Source: an uncultured bacterium
GTDB lineage: Bacteria; Fidelibacterota; Marinisomatia; Marinisomatales; J089
DNA length: 64,000 bases
Reading direction: 5' to 3'
Assembly (NCBI GenBank): GCA_964535735.1
Contig: CAZHTM010000005.1
Coordinates: forward strand, 13,017-77,016
A program made the translations under genes and the position numbers. Positions 52,700 through 63,208 of the stretch are shown in pieces (the first letter of the stretch is position 1; the number at the start of each line of letters is the position of its first letter). A model generated the notes under the pieces. The model was not told the DNA's origin, searched no databases, and was given only the letters and a program-made list of their open reading frames with translations.

Positions 52700-55600
52700 T
52701 CAGTCCTCCTGTGAACTTACTTGGCGGATTCGTTTCAGCAATGCGGCTTGTTTCACGGGTTTGGATAGATAATCAGTACAACCGGCCTTAATGCACTGTT
52801 CACGATCGGATACAAACGCATGGGCCGTAAGAGCAATCACGGGAATTGATTTCCATTCCTTGGATTTACGCATATCCCGAACCAAGTTTAGTCCATCTTC
52901 CTGTCCGGCTAAGGAAAGATCCAGTAGGACGACTTTGGGTTTAATTTTTTTCAAAACGTCTTTGGCTTCCTGGACACTGACTGCATAATACAAATTATAC
53001 CGCGATTTCAGGAAATATTCCATGAGTAATTGAGATGAGGGATCGTCTTCAACCACCAGAATATCGTCTAAAATTTCCTCAGAGATCAATTCTTCCATCT
53101 GAACGCTATCCGAGGATGAAGGACGGGATGCGGTACTGTGAGTTACCGGAATAAATTCCAAACGAAACGTGGTTCCCACATCCTTTTCACTTTCCACAGA
53201 AATCTCTACAGAGTTCATATCCAGACATCGCTTTGTGATGGATAAGCCTAGACCCAACCCCTGATATTTTTTTGTAAAACCGGTGCTTTCTTGAGAAAAA
53301 ACGTCGTACATATGTTTCATATATTCCCGGGAAATACCGATACCGGTATCCTTAATATATAGCGCGTAGCGATCCTTCTCGGATTTTAAATAAACTTGAA
53401 TCGTCCCTGACGGTGTGTATTTAATCGCATTATCCACCAAATTGGAAATTGCTTTCAGGATACTTTCCTTATCCCCGTGTATGATGGGCTTGCGGACCTC
53501 TGAAAGATTTACCAATTCCAGATCGCGCATTTTGATGGTGGCGCTGTGCTCTTTAACCACCTGATTGATTATTTCGTTCAAATCCAGGTCTTCCGGATTA
53601 AGAGTAAACGTGCCGGCTTCAATTTGAGAAATATCTAATACTTCATGTACGGTGCGCATAAGACGCTCACCACTAGCCTGGATAATATCAATCACCTCAT
53701 TACGTTCTTCGGGGGATTTAATGGCATCATCTTTCCGAAGTAAATCCACAAATCCCAGAACCGAATTCAGAGGAGTACGAATTTCATGGGACATATTAGC
53801 CAAGAACAGCGTTTTTACCCGTTCCCCCTCCTGGGCTTTTTCCAAGGCTTCTTCCAGGCGTTGTCGATCTTTTTCCCGTTCCGTGATGTCATGAATCAAT
53901 CCTGAAAACACCGGGCTTTCCTGATCTTCCGTCTGAACCACCTTGGCCGTCATGAGACACGTCATGGCGCTTCCATCTTTTTTCTTTAATACCACTTTAA
54001 AATCCCGTACAAATCCCTCCTTTTCGATTTGCTCCATAAAGGCCTTCGTGGCTTCAGGATTTACGTAGAAATCGTGGATATTAAGCCTTAGTAATTCTTC
54101 CCGACTATATCCGAACAAAGCTTCACCGGCGGGATTAATATCCAGAATTTGTCCGTCGGGTGCACTGAGATAGATCGTATCAAGGGATTCTTCAAAAAGA
54201 GATCGGAATTTTGCTTCACTTTCTTCCAACTTGGCCAAGGTTTCCTTTTTCTCGGTAATATCTTCTTTGACGGCTAAAAAGTGCTGCGTTTTTCCTTGAT
54301 CATCCACCACCGGCGATATAATGACACTTTCCCAGTATAAGCTGCCATCCTTCCGTTTATTACGAAATTCTCCTTGCCATATTTTCCCTGCTGAAATCGT
54401 GGTCCATAATTCCTGGTACTCTTCCTGAGTGGTATGTCCCGATTTCAATATATTGGCTTTTTTCCCAATCACTTCCTCACTTTTCCAACCAGTGACTTCC
54501 GTGAATTTGGGATTTACATATTCAATGTTGCCGTCCAAACCCGTTATCATTACAATCGAGGGGCTTTGTTGGACCGCTTTATTCAGAATTTGAATTTCGC
54601 TTTCTGCTTCTTTTAGCGCCGTAATATCTACGGCAATGACTTGATACGCCGTATCCCCTTTATATTGAATAGGGGTGGATGTCACCAGTGCATAGACCGT
54701 GTTCCCATCCCGTCGAAGGAGTTTTTCTTCCGCCAATACCAATGGTTTTCCGGTTTTTATCATGGATTCAATTCGCTTCAGTACAAAATCCCGGCTATCG
54801 GGATGCACCACATCCAATACCGACTGACCTACTAGTTCCTCGTAGGAGTCGTACCCCATCAATCGCACCGCCTCCTTATTGATAAAACGCCAAACACCCT
54901 TCGAATGAATACCGATTGCCACCGGCGCAAGATCTACTAATTTCCGGTAACGTGTTTCGCTTTCCATTAATCGGATTTCATCCTGTTTACGATCTTCGAT
55001 ATCCCGGGTAATGGATAAAATATGAGGCTCACCATTCATATTGATTATCCTGGCCGACATGAGCCCGGTATGAACCCTCCCATCTTTGAACCTGAATTTT
55101 GCTTCCAAATTGTTGCAGACTCTATTTTTCATTAGACCGGCCACCAATCGGTTCCGATCTTCAGGATTATACCACATATTTAATTCATCAGAGGTTTTAC
55201 CTTCTACATCTTCCCATGTATAACCCGTTATAGCCGTAAATCCTTCATTAATTTCTACATACAGTCCGTCGGAAAGTCGGTTGATATTGACCGCATCCGG
55301 ACTGGTTCTAAAAGCTATGCGGAACTTTTCTTCCGATTCTCGAATTTTCTCATAGGCTATCCGTCGCTCCAGTTCCGACCCTGCCCGGACCGCAAATACC
55401 TTTAACAACGATTCCACCAGCCATTCATTCTTCATGGCCTGACGGGACATAACCACGACAATTCCCAGGGGCTCATTTTGAGTGGAAAAAAGGGGCATGC
55501 CGTAGTAGCAAGCGATACCCATCTCGCGTAACAAGTGATCATCCGGAAACTGATCCTGCACATGATTCGAATAATGTTGATAGCATTGCCCCACCACATT

Positions 55601-58333
55601 CTCACATGGCGTATTCTTTAAATCATACACGAAATTAGGAGATAGTTTTCTGTCCTGCGCAAAAGCCACAGTCTGAATTTGTTCCGGTTCCTGATTGATG
55701 AGTTCCCCCACAAAGGCAAAGTCACAATTCAGAACAAGACTTAGCTCCAGTACTAAAGATTCGAAAAATGATTCTTCCGGTGTAACCGAGACACTTTCCG
55801 CTAGGTGTTTAAGCGCCGCATCGGATATATCTCGTTGAATGGAACTTCCCAGAAGATTAGCAGCGATTGTTAGGGATTCCACTTCGACTTCAGACCAGTG
55901 TCGGTCGGATCGCCCGTCGTCAAAACGTAATAACCCCCACCATTCAGAGCCCGTATAGATCGGAATAGCTAATAAGCTCTTTGATTTATTTTTCTTGAAA
56001 TAGATTTGATCCTTGGGCGACATATCAGAGATTCGGGCAACTATTTTTTCTCCCTTTTCCAGCAGCCTTTCCCAACGATCAAGTCCTATATTTCGGAACG
56101 ACTGGGCCTTCTTACGATCTTTGAATCCAAACCCCTTGGCAGCCCATTCCCCTCGTATCGTGGTCAACCGTTCACCAGATTCAGATATTTGATTTTCAAA
56201 TAACGTAACTCGAGTGACCCCCACGGCTTCACCCAATTTGGCCAGCACCGGATCAACACAATCGGACCAGGATTCTGCCCGGAGTACTTGTTCGGCAGCC
56301 TCGGTGATGACCGAAAGAATCCGGTCACGTTGCCTTAATTCGGCTTCCACTCGTTTACGTTCAGTAATATCTCGATGAATCACTAAAATGCCATCTTCAC
56401 CATTAGGCAAGGGGACTTTTACCTCGTGAAGTTCCAGAAAAACAGTGGATCCATCCCGTCGTTTATTCTCTACATCGTGGCGTAGGTATCCGGTTTTAAG
56501 AATAGCCTTGATATTAGCTCTGACTTTGGATCTGTTTTCAGGGGAGGTTAACTCCTGAACATTCATCCCCACCAATTCATCGGGATCAAACCCCAAAATC
56601 CGACAACTAGCAGGATTACAATCGATAATCGTTCCGTCTTTATTTTCGAGAATAAAACCATCCGGCGAAGCTTGAAATAATGTAGCATATCGTTTCTGTG
56701 TCTCTTCCAGATTTCGGGCTGTTTGAACTACTTCCGTTTCATCCCGGAAAAATCCTACTAATCCATATCTGGTCTCTGTTCGGAAAGTCGTTATTATTTG
56801 TTGGACGATCTTTTCTTCACCCTGCGCCGTCTTAATGGGAACTCTGATTGATTGTTCAACTGAAGTCAAATCTCCCGTTTCCAAAATAGATTGAATCCGG
56901 TTGGCAATCTGTTCCATTTTTGCCGAAGATTTTTTATTAGTGGTCATGAAATCCATTTGTACGTCCCAAATGGGTCGCCCAATGACATCGTCCGCGGGTA
57001 CACCGGTAATCTCTTCCATGCCTTGGCTCCATTCCACCAGTTTCCCTGATTCATCCGTAACGATAATACCTTCCAGAGCCTGCTTTAGAACATTTCGGAT
57101 CAGGCGGTCTTTTCGCACTAAATCCTGACTCAGGGTGACCATCTCGGTAATTTCGGTAATATATCCCACAAAAGATTTGATCTGGTCATGACGGTCCCGA
57201 ACAATCATCGTCAAATCATGGACCCAATGTTCTTTACCACGAGCGTCTAAAATGCGGTACCGTTGACTGAAGTGGGTGGAGCCAGCTTTGATATAATCTT
57301 CAACTTCCTGAATCACCCGTTTGAAATCTTCCGGATGAATCAAGTCCGAATATGTGATTTCGCCCTCTATGAGTTGTTGTACCGAATATCCATAGAGCTG
57401 CGTCACATTGGGAGATACATATTTCACGGGTATGCGGTCCTCACCCGCCGCCCATTTAAATATTACTGTGGGTCCTGCCCGAAATAGTTGGCGTTCTTCC
57501 TGAAGCGCTTGACGGATTTTCCGCTCTCGGGTGATATCCTCTACCGTGCCTTCGAAGTAAAGAACTTCACCGGCGTGGTCCCGGACTAACGAGACACTTT
57601 CCCGAACATAAATCTCTTCACCATCTTTTCGCTTCCAAATAGCTTCCAACCCCTGAATATGACCTTCTTTTTTAAGCTTTTCAATAAACTCTGTTCGGTC
57701 ATATTGAGGTTCATATTTCTCATCATTCAGATTCCGCCCAGCGATTTCCTCAAAAGAATCATAACCCAACAAGCGAATCAAGGCCTCATTGGCTATTAAA
57801 ACTTCCCCTTCTGGTGTAGTACGATAAAGTCCTACGGTCAGATTGTTGAATAAAAATCTGAATTGGGATTCATTCTCCAAAAGATGAATTGCTTGTTCCC
57901 GTACTTTAGTTTCTAAGTCTTTCCGCTGATATAGGACTTGGTCTTCTAAAGCTTTTATCCGCAACATGGCTCGTACCTGAGCGACCAATTCACCCTGATC
58001 AATGGGTTTGGCTAAATACACATCACCGCCAGCATTTAAACCTTTGATCTTGTCTTGCGATTCAAGGTGGACACCAGTAAGAATAACAATGGGAATATAG
58101 GATGTGGTTTGAGACAATCGTATTTGGCGGCAAACTTCAAGACCGTCTATTCCGGGTAAAGCCAGATCAACAATTACCACATCCGGAGGTGTTTTAGAAA
58201 GAATGTTTAGCCCTTCCTCACCGCTAGTAGCTGTGAGTAGTTTTAACCGGGGAAATTCTCTCTGCAGTACACGTTTAATCGTCGTTAACGTGTCAGAATG
58301 ATCATCTATAATTAATAGGGTAGACATGGGCAT
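52700..58333 (-). CDS. Giant hybrid sensor kinase (1877 aa): REC - multiple PAS/PAC - GAF - PAS - HisKA - HATPase_c - REC
   Basis: N-terminal receiver (LIIDDHSD...VIVDLALPG), many PAS-like repeats, H-box FLANMSHEIRTPLNSVLGF, G-box GLGLGLS, and a C-terminal receiver (ILVVEDD...VLLDLSL...YLSKP). Confidence 0.9.
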   Translation of the reverse strand: MPMSTLLIIDDHSDTLTTIKRVLQREFPRLKLLTATSGEEGLNILSKTPPDVVIVDLALPGIDGLEVCRQIRLSQTTSYIPIVILTGVHLESQDKIKGLNAGGDVYLAKPIDQGELVAQVRAMLRIKALEDQVLYQRKDLETKVREQAIHLLENESQFRFLFNNLTVGLYRTTPEGEVLIANEALIRLLGYDSFEEIAGRNLNDEKYEPQYDRTEFIEKLKKEGHIQGLEAIWKRKDGEEIYVRESVSLVRDHAGEVLYFEGTVEDITRERKIRQALQEERQLFRAGPTVIFKWAAGEDRIPVKYVSPNVTQLYGYSVQQLIEGEITYSDLIHPEDFKRVIQEVEDYIKAGSTHFSQRYRILDARGKEHWVHDLTMIVRDRHDQIKSFVGYITEITEMVTLSQDLVRKDRLIRNVLKQALEGIIVTDESGKLVEWSQGMEEITGVPADDVIGRPIWDVQMDFMTTNKKSSAKMEQIANRIQSILETGDLTSVEQSIRVPIKTAQGEEKIVQQIITTFRTETRYGLVGFFRDETEVVQTARNLEETQKRYATLFQASPDGFILENKDGTIIDCNPASCRILGFDPDELVGMNVQELTSPENRSKVRANIKAILKTGYLRHDVENKRRDGSTVFLELHEVKVPLPNGEDGILVIHRDITERKRVEAELRQRDRILSVITEAAEQVLRAESWSDCVDPVLAKLGEAVGVTRVTLFENQISESGERLTTIRGEWAAKGFGFKDRKKAQSFRNIGLDRWERLLEKGEKIVARISDMSPKDQIYFKKNKSKSLLAIPIYTGSEWWGLLRFDDGRSDRHWSEVEVESLTIAANLLGSSIQRDISDAALKHLAESVSVTPEESFFESLVLELSLVLNCDFAFVGELINQEPEQIQTVAFAQDRKLSPNFVYDLKNTPCENVVGQCYQHYSNHVQDQFPDDHLLREMGIACYYGMPLFSTQNEPLGIVVVMSRQAMKNEWLVESLLKVFAVRAGSELERRIAYEKIRESEEKFRIAFRTSPDAVNINRLSDGLYVEINEGFTAITGYTWEDVEGKTSDELNMWYNPEDRNRLVAGLMKNRVCNNLEAKFRFKDGRVHTGLMSARIINMNGEPHILSITRDIEDRKQDEIRLMESETRYRKLVDLAPVAIGIHSKGVWRFINKEAVRLMGYDSYEELVGQSVLDVVHPDSRDFVLKRIESMIKTGKPLVLAEEKLLRRDGNTVYALVTSTPIQYKGDTAYQVIAVDITALKEAESEIQILNKAVQQSPSIVMITGLDGNIEYVNPKFTEVTGWKSEEVIGKKANILKSGHTTQEEYQELWTTISAGKIWQGEFRNKRKDGSLYWESVIISPVVDDQGKTQHFLAVKEDITEKKETLAKLEESEAKFRSLFEESLDTIYLSAPDGQILDINPAGEALFGYSREELLRLNIHDFYVNPEATKAFMEQIEKEGFVRDFKVVLKKKDGSAMTCLMTAKVVQTEDQESPVFSGLIHDITEREKDRQRLEEALEKAQEGERVKTLFLANMSHEIRTPLNSVLGFVDLLRKDDAIKSPEERNEVIDIIQASGERLMRTVHEVLDISQIEAGTFTLNPEDLDLNEIINQVVKEHSATIKMRDLELVNLSEVRKPIIHGDKESILKAISNLVDNAIKYTPSGTIQVYLKSEKDRYALYIKDTGIGISREYMKHMYDVFSQESTGFTKKYQGLGLGLSITKRCLDMNSVEISVESEKDVGTTFRLEFIPVTHSTASRPSSSDSVQMEELISEEILDDILVVEDDPSSQLLMEYFLKSRYNLYYAVSVQEAKDVLKKIKPKVVLLDLSLAGQEDGLNLVRDMRKSKEWKSIPVIALTAHAFVSDREQCIKAGCTDYLSKPVKQAALLKRIRQVSSQED

Positions 58334-58673
58334 GCCCTGGTTTTATAGCGTTTACAACTACTCACAGCTCCTAAGAACTTACCTCCTCCTAATTCTACTT
58401 TTCTGCTACGGTTATATTATATAGAAATACCGAAACTTTGGCAGGAAAATTCCAGGAAATAGCTGCCATAAAATGGTAGGGCAAGCCCATGAAGTAACTT
58501 GGGAAAGCTTTATCACAATAGTGACTGCTTTCTCCTTTAGGTCACCAGATATTGGTCCTGATTACAATTTCTTTAGCTAGGATCTGAAAAGATCGTAGGC
58601 AATCATTGGTCTTTATTACCTGATGAAAGAAGGATACCTCGCACTTATGTTATAGAATTATTTCACTTCATAC

Positions 58674-59285
58674 TTATTTGACATGACAGGTCAAACAAAG
58701 AGTGCTTCCATTGGGTGTAATTTTTAATAACTCAGGGTTACTACTATAGCCATTATGGACATCATGACAAGAGGAGCATTCCAAGGTCAATCCAGCGCTA
58801 AGTAAATCTTCCTGAATCGTACCTCCCAAAGGTGTAACTGCTGTAGTGGGATCCTTCAATTCACCATCTTGATTGGCCAGAGTTTGATCATAAACAAAGG
58901 AAATGGGATGGTCATTCGTTAAATCCGTACCCATGTGTTCCCGACCAGTTATCAACCAAGTACCATTGGTAGTACCACCATAATTGTCCACGGCGGTCAA
59001 ACCATCATGGCAAGATAAACAAAGCTTGGACACACCGGACGGTTGTCCTACCGTAGCATCCAGAGTCGTCGTGGAATAGGGCGTAAACGTCTGACTTGTT
59101 ACCTGGTGATTCCAGAGCGGGGAGTTGGGAACGGTGGTATTGGCATTATGGGGAGTATGGCAGGGAACGCAGAGTTCCCCAGTAGCTGTATAATTTCGGA
59201 AATCATGACTCGTACCCTGAATGGTTTGAGCCCAGGAAAAGGAGAGCCACAGCAGGCCAATTAAAAGAGCGTAGAATCGTTTCAT
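58674..59285 (-). CDS. Periplasmic tetraheme c-type cytochrome, copy 1 (203 aa)
   Basis: Signal peptide ending AQT. Four CXXCH motifs: CVPCH, CLSCH, CSSCH, CLTCH. Confidence 0.85.
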   Translation of the reverse strand: MKRFYALLIGLLWLSFSWAQTIQGTSHDFRNYTATGELCVPCHTPHNANTTVPNSPLWNHQVTSQTFTPYSTTTLDATVGQPSGVSKLCLSCHDGLTAVDNYGGTTNGTWLITGREHMGTDLTNDHPISFVYDQTLANQDGELKDPTTAVTPLGGTIQEDLLSAGLTLECSSCHDVHNGYSSNPELLKITPNGSTLCLTCHVK

Positions 59286-59333
59286 GGTTTAGTCCTGTAC
59301 TTTATTCTCAAAGATTCAAATGAATGTAAAAGG

Positions 59334-59367
59334 AAGGCCCCCGCTCTCAGATGAAAACGGGGGCCTT
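59334..59367 (-). terminator. GC-rich hairpin between the two cytochrome genes (partial terminator/processing site candidate)
   Basis: AAGGCCCCCG-N14-CGGGGGCCTT, a 10-bp perfect stem, followed on the minus strand by CCTTTTAC. Confidence 0.5.
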
Positions 59368-59390
59368 CTACATAAAGCTATACCAATTGG

Positions 59391-60005
59391 TTATTTAGAA
59401 TGGCAGGTCAGGCAAAGAGCACTTCCAGAATTGCTTTTAACTAACAATTTTGTTCCATTGACAGCCACGGTATTGTGGACATCATGGCAGGAGGCACATT
59501 CCATTTTGCCGCCGATCAATAAATCTTCTGCAATGGTACCACCCAATCCACTCGTGCTGGATGGATCCTTCAGTTCACCATCGGCAGTTGCTAAAGTAGC
59601 ATCATAGGTAAATGAAATAGGATGATCATTGCTTAGATCGGTACCAAAATTCTTATTACCACCAACAAAATTGGTCCCATTAGTTTTTCCACCAAAGTTA
59701 TCCATAGCAACGGTTCCATCATGACAAGATAGACAAAGCTTAGAGGCTCCATCCGGTTGACCGGACGCGGCATCAAACGTGGAGCTGGTGTACACCGTAA
59801 ACGTTGCTGTTGTCACCTCGTGATTCCACAAAGGGGCACCATTCACACCAGTATCAGCATTATGTGGTGTATGACAAACTACACAGATCTCACCGGTTGT
59901 ATTCCAGTTTTTACCACTGAAATCATGATCAGATCCAACAATGGTCTGTGCGGAAACTATTCCAATGAGCGTCAGGCTTGTTATAATTGCGGTTAACGTA
60001 CGCAT
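59391..60005 (-). CDS. Periplasmic tetraheme c-type cytochrome, copy 2 (204 aa)
   Basis: CVVCH, CLSCH, CASCH, CLTCH. I moved the start to ATG 60005 (MRTLTAIITSLTLIGIVSAQT), which follows GAGAGG. It is co-linear with copy 1. Confidence 0.85.
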   Translation of the reverse strand: MRTLTAIITSLTLIGIVSAQTIVGSDHDFSGKNWNTTGEICVVCHTPHNADTGVNGAPLWNHEVTTATFTVYTSSTFDAASGQPDGASKLCLSCHDGTVAMDNFGGKTNGTNFVGGNKNFGTDLSNDHPISFTYDATLATADGELKDPSSTSGLGGTIAEDLLIGGKMECASCHDVHNTVAVNGTKLLVKSNSGSALCLTCHSK

Positions 60006-60067
60006 CGTATTACCTCTCTTTTTTCTTTTAAGTTTATTAGGTTCAAAAAACATTCACTTTCAAATAC

Positions 60068-60082
60068 ACAAATACCATGCCA
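60068..60082 (-). promoter_or_regulatory. Sigma-54-type promoter candidate TGGCAT-N5-TTGT upstream of the cytochrome genes
   Basis: The minus strand reads CTGGCATGGTATTTGTG with correct GG-N10 spacing and one mismatch at -12. It is about 50 nt upstream of ATG 60005 and downstream of a sigma-54 activator gene. Confidence 0.5.
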
Positions 60083-60257
60083 GTAAACGATAATAGGATG
60101 ATTTCATCCGATTTTACCAACTTAGGAGTGATATCAGTCACATACTGCTCTGGTTTCCCGACGATCAATGGCCTAAAGAGTCGCATGCGTTTTCTTGACT
60201 TACTGTAGATACGGTATCAAATATTTTCAAGGGTTATGGGCGTACAGAATACGTAAC

Positions 60258-60295
60258 TGTGTAAAATCACACATCAAATTGTGGAATATTCCACA
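60258..60295. promoter_or_regulatory. Two TGTG-N8-CACA palindromes 22 bp apart (TGTGTAAAATCACACA and perfect TGTGGAATATTCCACA): candidate enhancer/activator sites
   Basis: Sites at 60258-60273 and 60280-60295. Centre-to-centre spacing is 22 bp, and they lie about 200-230 bp upstream of the sigma-54-like promoter. Confidence 0.45.
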
Positions 60296-60311
60296 GATTC
60301 AGACATCTAAC

Positions 60312-61697
60312 TTAGAGGAGACCGTGTTTTTTCATTTTATATCTAATTTGGTCACGGGATAGTTTCAGGCGTTTAGCCGCATGAACCTGGTTACCATTTT
60401 CCTGGGTCAAGGCCCATTGGATGATCATATTCTCCAGTTCATCCCAACTTTTTCCAGCAAAAACGGAACCTGGCTCAACAGCGTTTACAACATTTTTATC
60501 ATTTGAGATGGGTTTGGATTCCGATTGGATGTGAACAGGTAAATGCCATGGTTCAATAACGGAGGTCCGCTCTAACAAGAATATCCGTTCCAACGTATTT
60601 TTTAACTCCCGAACATTTCCCGGCCATGGATATCCAATAATCAAATCCAAGGCGCTTTTTGAAATACCTTTCACCGATCGTCCAAATTCGGCATTAAATA
60701 AATCAATGAAGCGATTTACCAGCAAAGGAATATCTTCTTTTCGTTCACGGAGGGGTGGTAGCACCAGCGTAATCACATTGAGCCTATAATATAAATCTTC
60801 CCGGAAATTCCCGTCCTGCATTTCCTGTTTCAAGTCCCGATTGGTAGAGGCAATGATCCGGACATTAACTTTTATCTCCCGAGTTCCTCCGACCCGATAA
60901 AAGGATTGGGTCTCGATAAACCGCAACAATTTAGCCTGAAACCCGATGGGGATTTCCCCAATTTCATCCAGGAGGATGGTGCCCATATTGGCCATTTCCA
61001 CCTGACCGGGTTTCCTGGATTTCGCATCCGTAAAGGCTCCTTTTTCATAGCCGAATAATTCACTTTCCAGCAGGTTTTCTGATAATGAAGCACAGTTAAC
61101 AATAATAAAGGGTTTGTCTTTGCGAGGTCCCTGTTCGTGGATAACCCGGGCCAGGGTGTCTTTCCCAGTGCCTGTTTCACCCAGAAGTAGAATTGTGCCT
61201 GTATCAGTTTGAACCAGTTTTTGCGCGGTTTCCATCACTTCCCGCATTTTTTTAGATTGGCTGATATAGGTTCCCAATTGGAAGCGCTGTTCTTCCTGTT
61301 GTTTCAAAATCGAAATTTCGCGGGATTTCTCTTTTTCTTCAAGAGCCCGCCTGACCATAACGGTCACTTCATCAAAGTTGACCGGTTTATTCAAATATTC
61401 CCGGGCGCCCAATTTCAGCGCTTCCACTGATACTTCTTCGGTTCCATAAGCGGTCATGAAAAAGAATACGGTTTCCTCCCGAATTGGCTGTAGTTGGCGC
61501 AAAATTTCAATTCCATTCGTGTCAGGCAAACGATAATCCATAAAAATCACATCTGGTGGGTCATGCAGCGCCTGCTCGATACCGGGTTTCCCAAATTCAG
61601 AAATCGACGTGGCAAACCCCATCTTTTTCAAGTGCTCCGATAAGGACCAAGCTACCAGTTTTTCATCTTCGATAATTAGGGCGTGTGGAGTAGTCAT
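60312..61697 (-). CDS. NtrC-family sigma-54-dependent response regulator
   Basis: Receiver (LIIEDEK...IFMDYRLPD), AAA+ GETGTGKD, GAFTDA variant of the GAFTGA loop, and a C-terminal HTH (AAKRLKLSRDQIRYKMKKHGL). Confidence 0.9.
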   Translation of the reverse strand: MTTPHALIIEDEKLVAWSLSEHLKKMGFATSISEFGKPGIEQALHDPPDVIFMDYRLPDTNGIEILRQLQPIREETVFFFMTAYGTEEVSVEALKLGAREYLNKPVNFDEVTVMVRRALEEKEKSREISILKQQEEQRFQLGTYISQSKKMREVMETAQKLVQTDTGTILLLGETGTGKDTLARVIHEQGPRKDKPFIIVNCASLSENLLESELFGYEKGAFTDAKSRKPGQVEMANMGTILLDEIGEIPIGFQAKLLRFIETQSFYRVGGTREIKVNVRIIASTNRDLKQEMQDGNFREDLYYRLNVITLVLPPLRERKEDIPLLVNRFIDLFNAEFGRSVKGISKSALDLIIGYPWPGNVRELKNTLERIFLLERTSVIEPWHLPVHIQSESKPISNDKNVVNAVEPGSVFAGKSWDELENMIIQWALTQENGNQVHAAKRLKLSRDQIRYKMKKHGLL

Positions 61698-63193
61698 AAA
61701 GTCCCCCCTTCTGAATACATTAAAGCAGGCAATTCCACCTTGAATTCAGTCCATCCTTCGGGAGCGCTTCGCACCGAAATCGTCCCCCCGTGTTTTTCGA
61801 CAATGGACTTGGTCAGCGATAAACCTAAACCTGTGCCCTTATGTTTGGTGGTATAAAATGGTTTAAAGATCGTATCCTGCATGTCTTCGGGCACCCAACT
61901 CCCCGTATTTTTAACCGTGATCTCCAAAATGTCTTTCTCCGTATTGCAACGGGTACGGATTTCGATTGACCCACCGTCGGTTCCCACAGTGGCTTGATAG
62001 GCATTGAGAATCAAATTGGCAAAAACCTGCTTCAATAAATCACTATCCCCTTGTATAACTGAACAATCAGAAGCCAAATCTACTTCCAGTTTGATCTGAT
62101 CACTGTTAATCTTTGGGCGTTGCAAAGCGATGGATTGTTCCAGAACGTCATGGATATCAACCGGGGCGAATTTGGGATCACGTGGTTTAGCATAATCCAT
62201 CAAATCCCGAATGGTCTTGGTGACGCGATTAATTTGAGAGAACATTTCATCAAATATAGGTTTTTCCTTTAAATCGCTGTGCTCGTTCAAAATGATTTCC
62301 AGAGCGTTACGAATTCCGGAGATAGGGTTTTTAATTTCATGAGCAACGCTGGCCGCCAGTTCACCTACACTGGCTAATTGACTGGCTCGTTCGATCTGGT
62401 CCTGGTGCAAGATGTCCACTTCTTTTTGTGTGCGTTCCAACTGTTCCGTCATTTTTGTAATATATTCAGCCAGTCCACTTAATTCTCCGGGAGTATCCAA
62501 ATAAACTCGTGTAGAAAGATCTCCGGCCTTAATGCGTTCGATTCCTGCTTTCAGTTCCGTCAATGGTTTTTGGAAAATTCGATGGTGAACAACACCTAAA
62601 ATGAGAGAAAGAACGGCGATGAAAAAGAAAAAGGATAGAAAATCATACTTGAGCATCATGGCTTCCACTTTAATCTCGGCCGAATCATTAACACCAATTT
62701 CAATATAACCATTAACCTCATTTTCCGATCCATGGCATTTATGACAAAATTCATCGTTCGGAACACCAGAAATAATTCGTATAACGGGTAGTGAATCTCC
62801 CGATGTATACGCCGCCATATCTTCTATATTTAGTTCACTTACATCCTTTCCATTTAAGTTCGATATCTCGCCGATATATTTTTTATCATTGGCGAATACA
62901 ACCTTAAAGTTTGTATCTAAAACTTTTACCCATCGAATTTTTTCATTTGTCGATAATCCTTCCAGCAACAACTGAAAATGGTCAGGAGCATGGTATTTCA
63001 TGTTATGAATGATATTGTTCTCCAATAGGGCTTCGATAGGGCTCATTAGTTCAAACATATAGTCGTGAAAATGTTGCTCCCGATGTTTGTTTATAATGAG
63101 CGTAATGCCGCTTCCAAATACGAACAAAAAAATCAAGGACAGAATGATCATCTGACTGCGCCAAGTAATCCGTTTCGATAACGGGTTTTTCAT
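61694..63193 (-). CDS. Sensor histidine kinase with periplasmic domain carrying a CXXCH heme-c motif, HAMP, HisKA, HATPase_c
   Basis: Two TM helices flank a ~150-aa periplasmic domain with CHKCH (62732-62746). HAMP; H-box ASVAHEIKNP; G-boxes. A 4-nt overlap with the regulator gene. Confidence 0.85.
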   Translation of the reverse strand: MKNPLSKRITWRSQMIILSLIFLFVFGSGITLIINKHREQHFHDYMFELMSPIEALLENNIIHNMKYHAPDHFQLLLEGLSTNEKIRWVKVLDTNFKVVFANDKKYIGEISNLNGKDVSELNIEDMAAYTSGDSLPVIRIISGVPNDEFCHKCHGSENEVNGYIEIGVNDSAEIKVEAMMLKYDFLSFFFFIAVLSLILGVVHHRIFQKPLTELKAGIERIKAGDLSTRVYLDTPGELSGLAEYITKMTEQLERTQKEVDILHQDQIERASQLASVGELAASVAHEIKNPISGIRNALEIILNEHSDLKEKPIFDEMFSQINRVTKTIRDLMDYAKPRDPKFAPVDIHDVLEQSIALQRPKINSDQIKLEVDLASDCSVIQGDSDLLKQVFANLILNAYQATVGTDGGSIEIRTRCNTEKDILEITVKNTGSWVPEDMQDTIFKPFYTTKHKGTGLGLSLTKSIVEKHGGTISVRSAPEGWTEFKVELPALMYSEGGTL

Positions 63194-63208
63194 AACGCGA
63201 TCCTTTCG

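Noticed and set aside
58438-58468. TTGGCAGGAAAATTCC (sigma-54-like) and the inverted repeat TGGCAG...CTGCCA in the 340-nt gap upstream of the giant kinase
   Set aside because: The plus-strand orientation points at no plus-strand gene and the -12 box lacks GC. The minus-strand reading does not fit either, and the 6-bp arms are too short to be meaningful.
20823-60053. A direct functional link between the pilus locus and the tetraheme cytochromes (a cytochrome-nanowire secretion model)
   Set aside because: The cytochrome genes are about 17 kb from the last pseudopilin, on the opposite strand, and under their own two-component system. Nothing in the sequence ties them together beyond co-residence.
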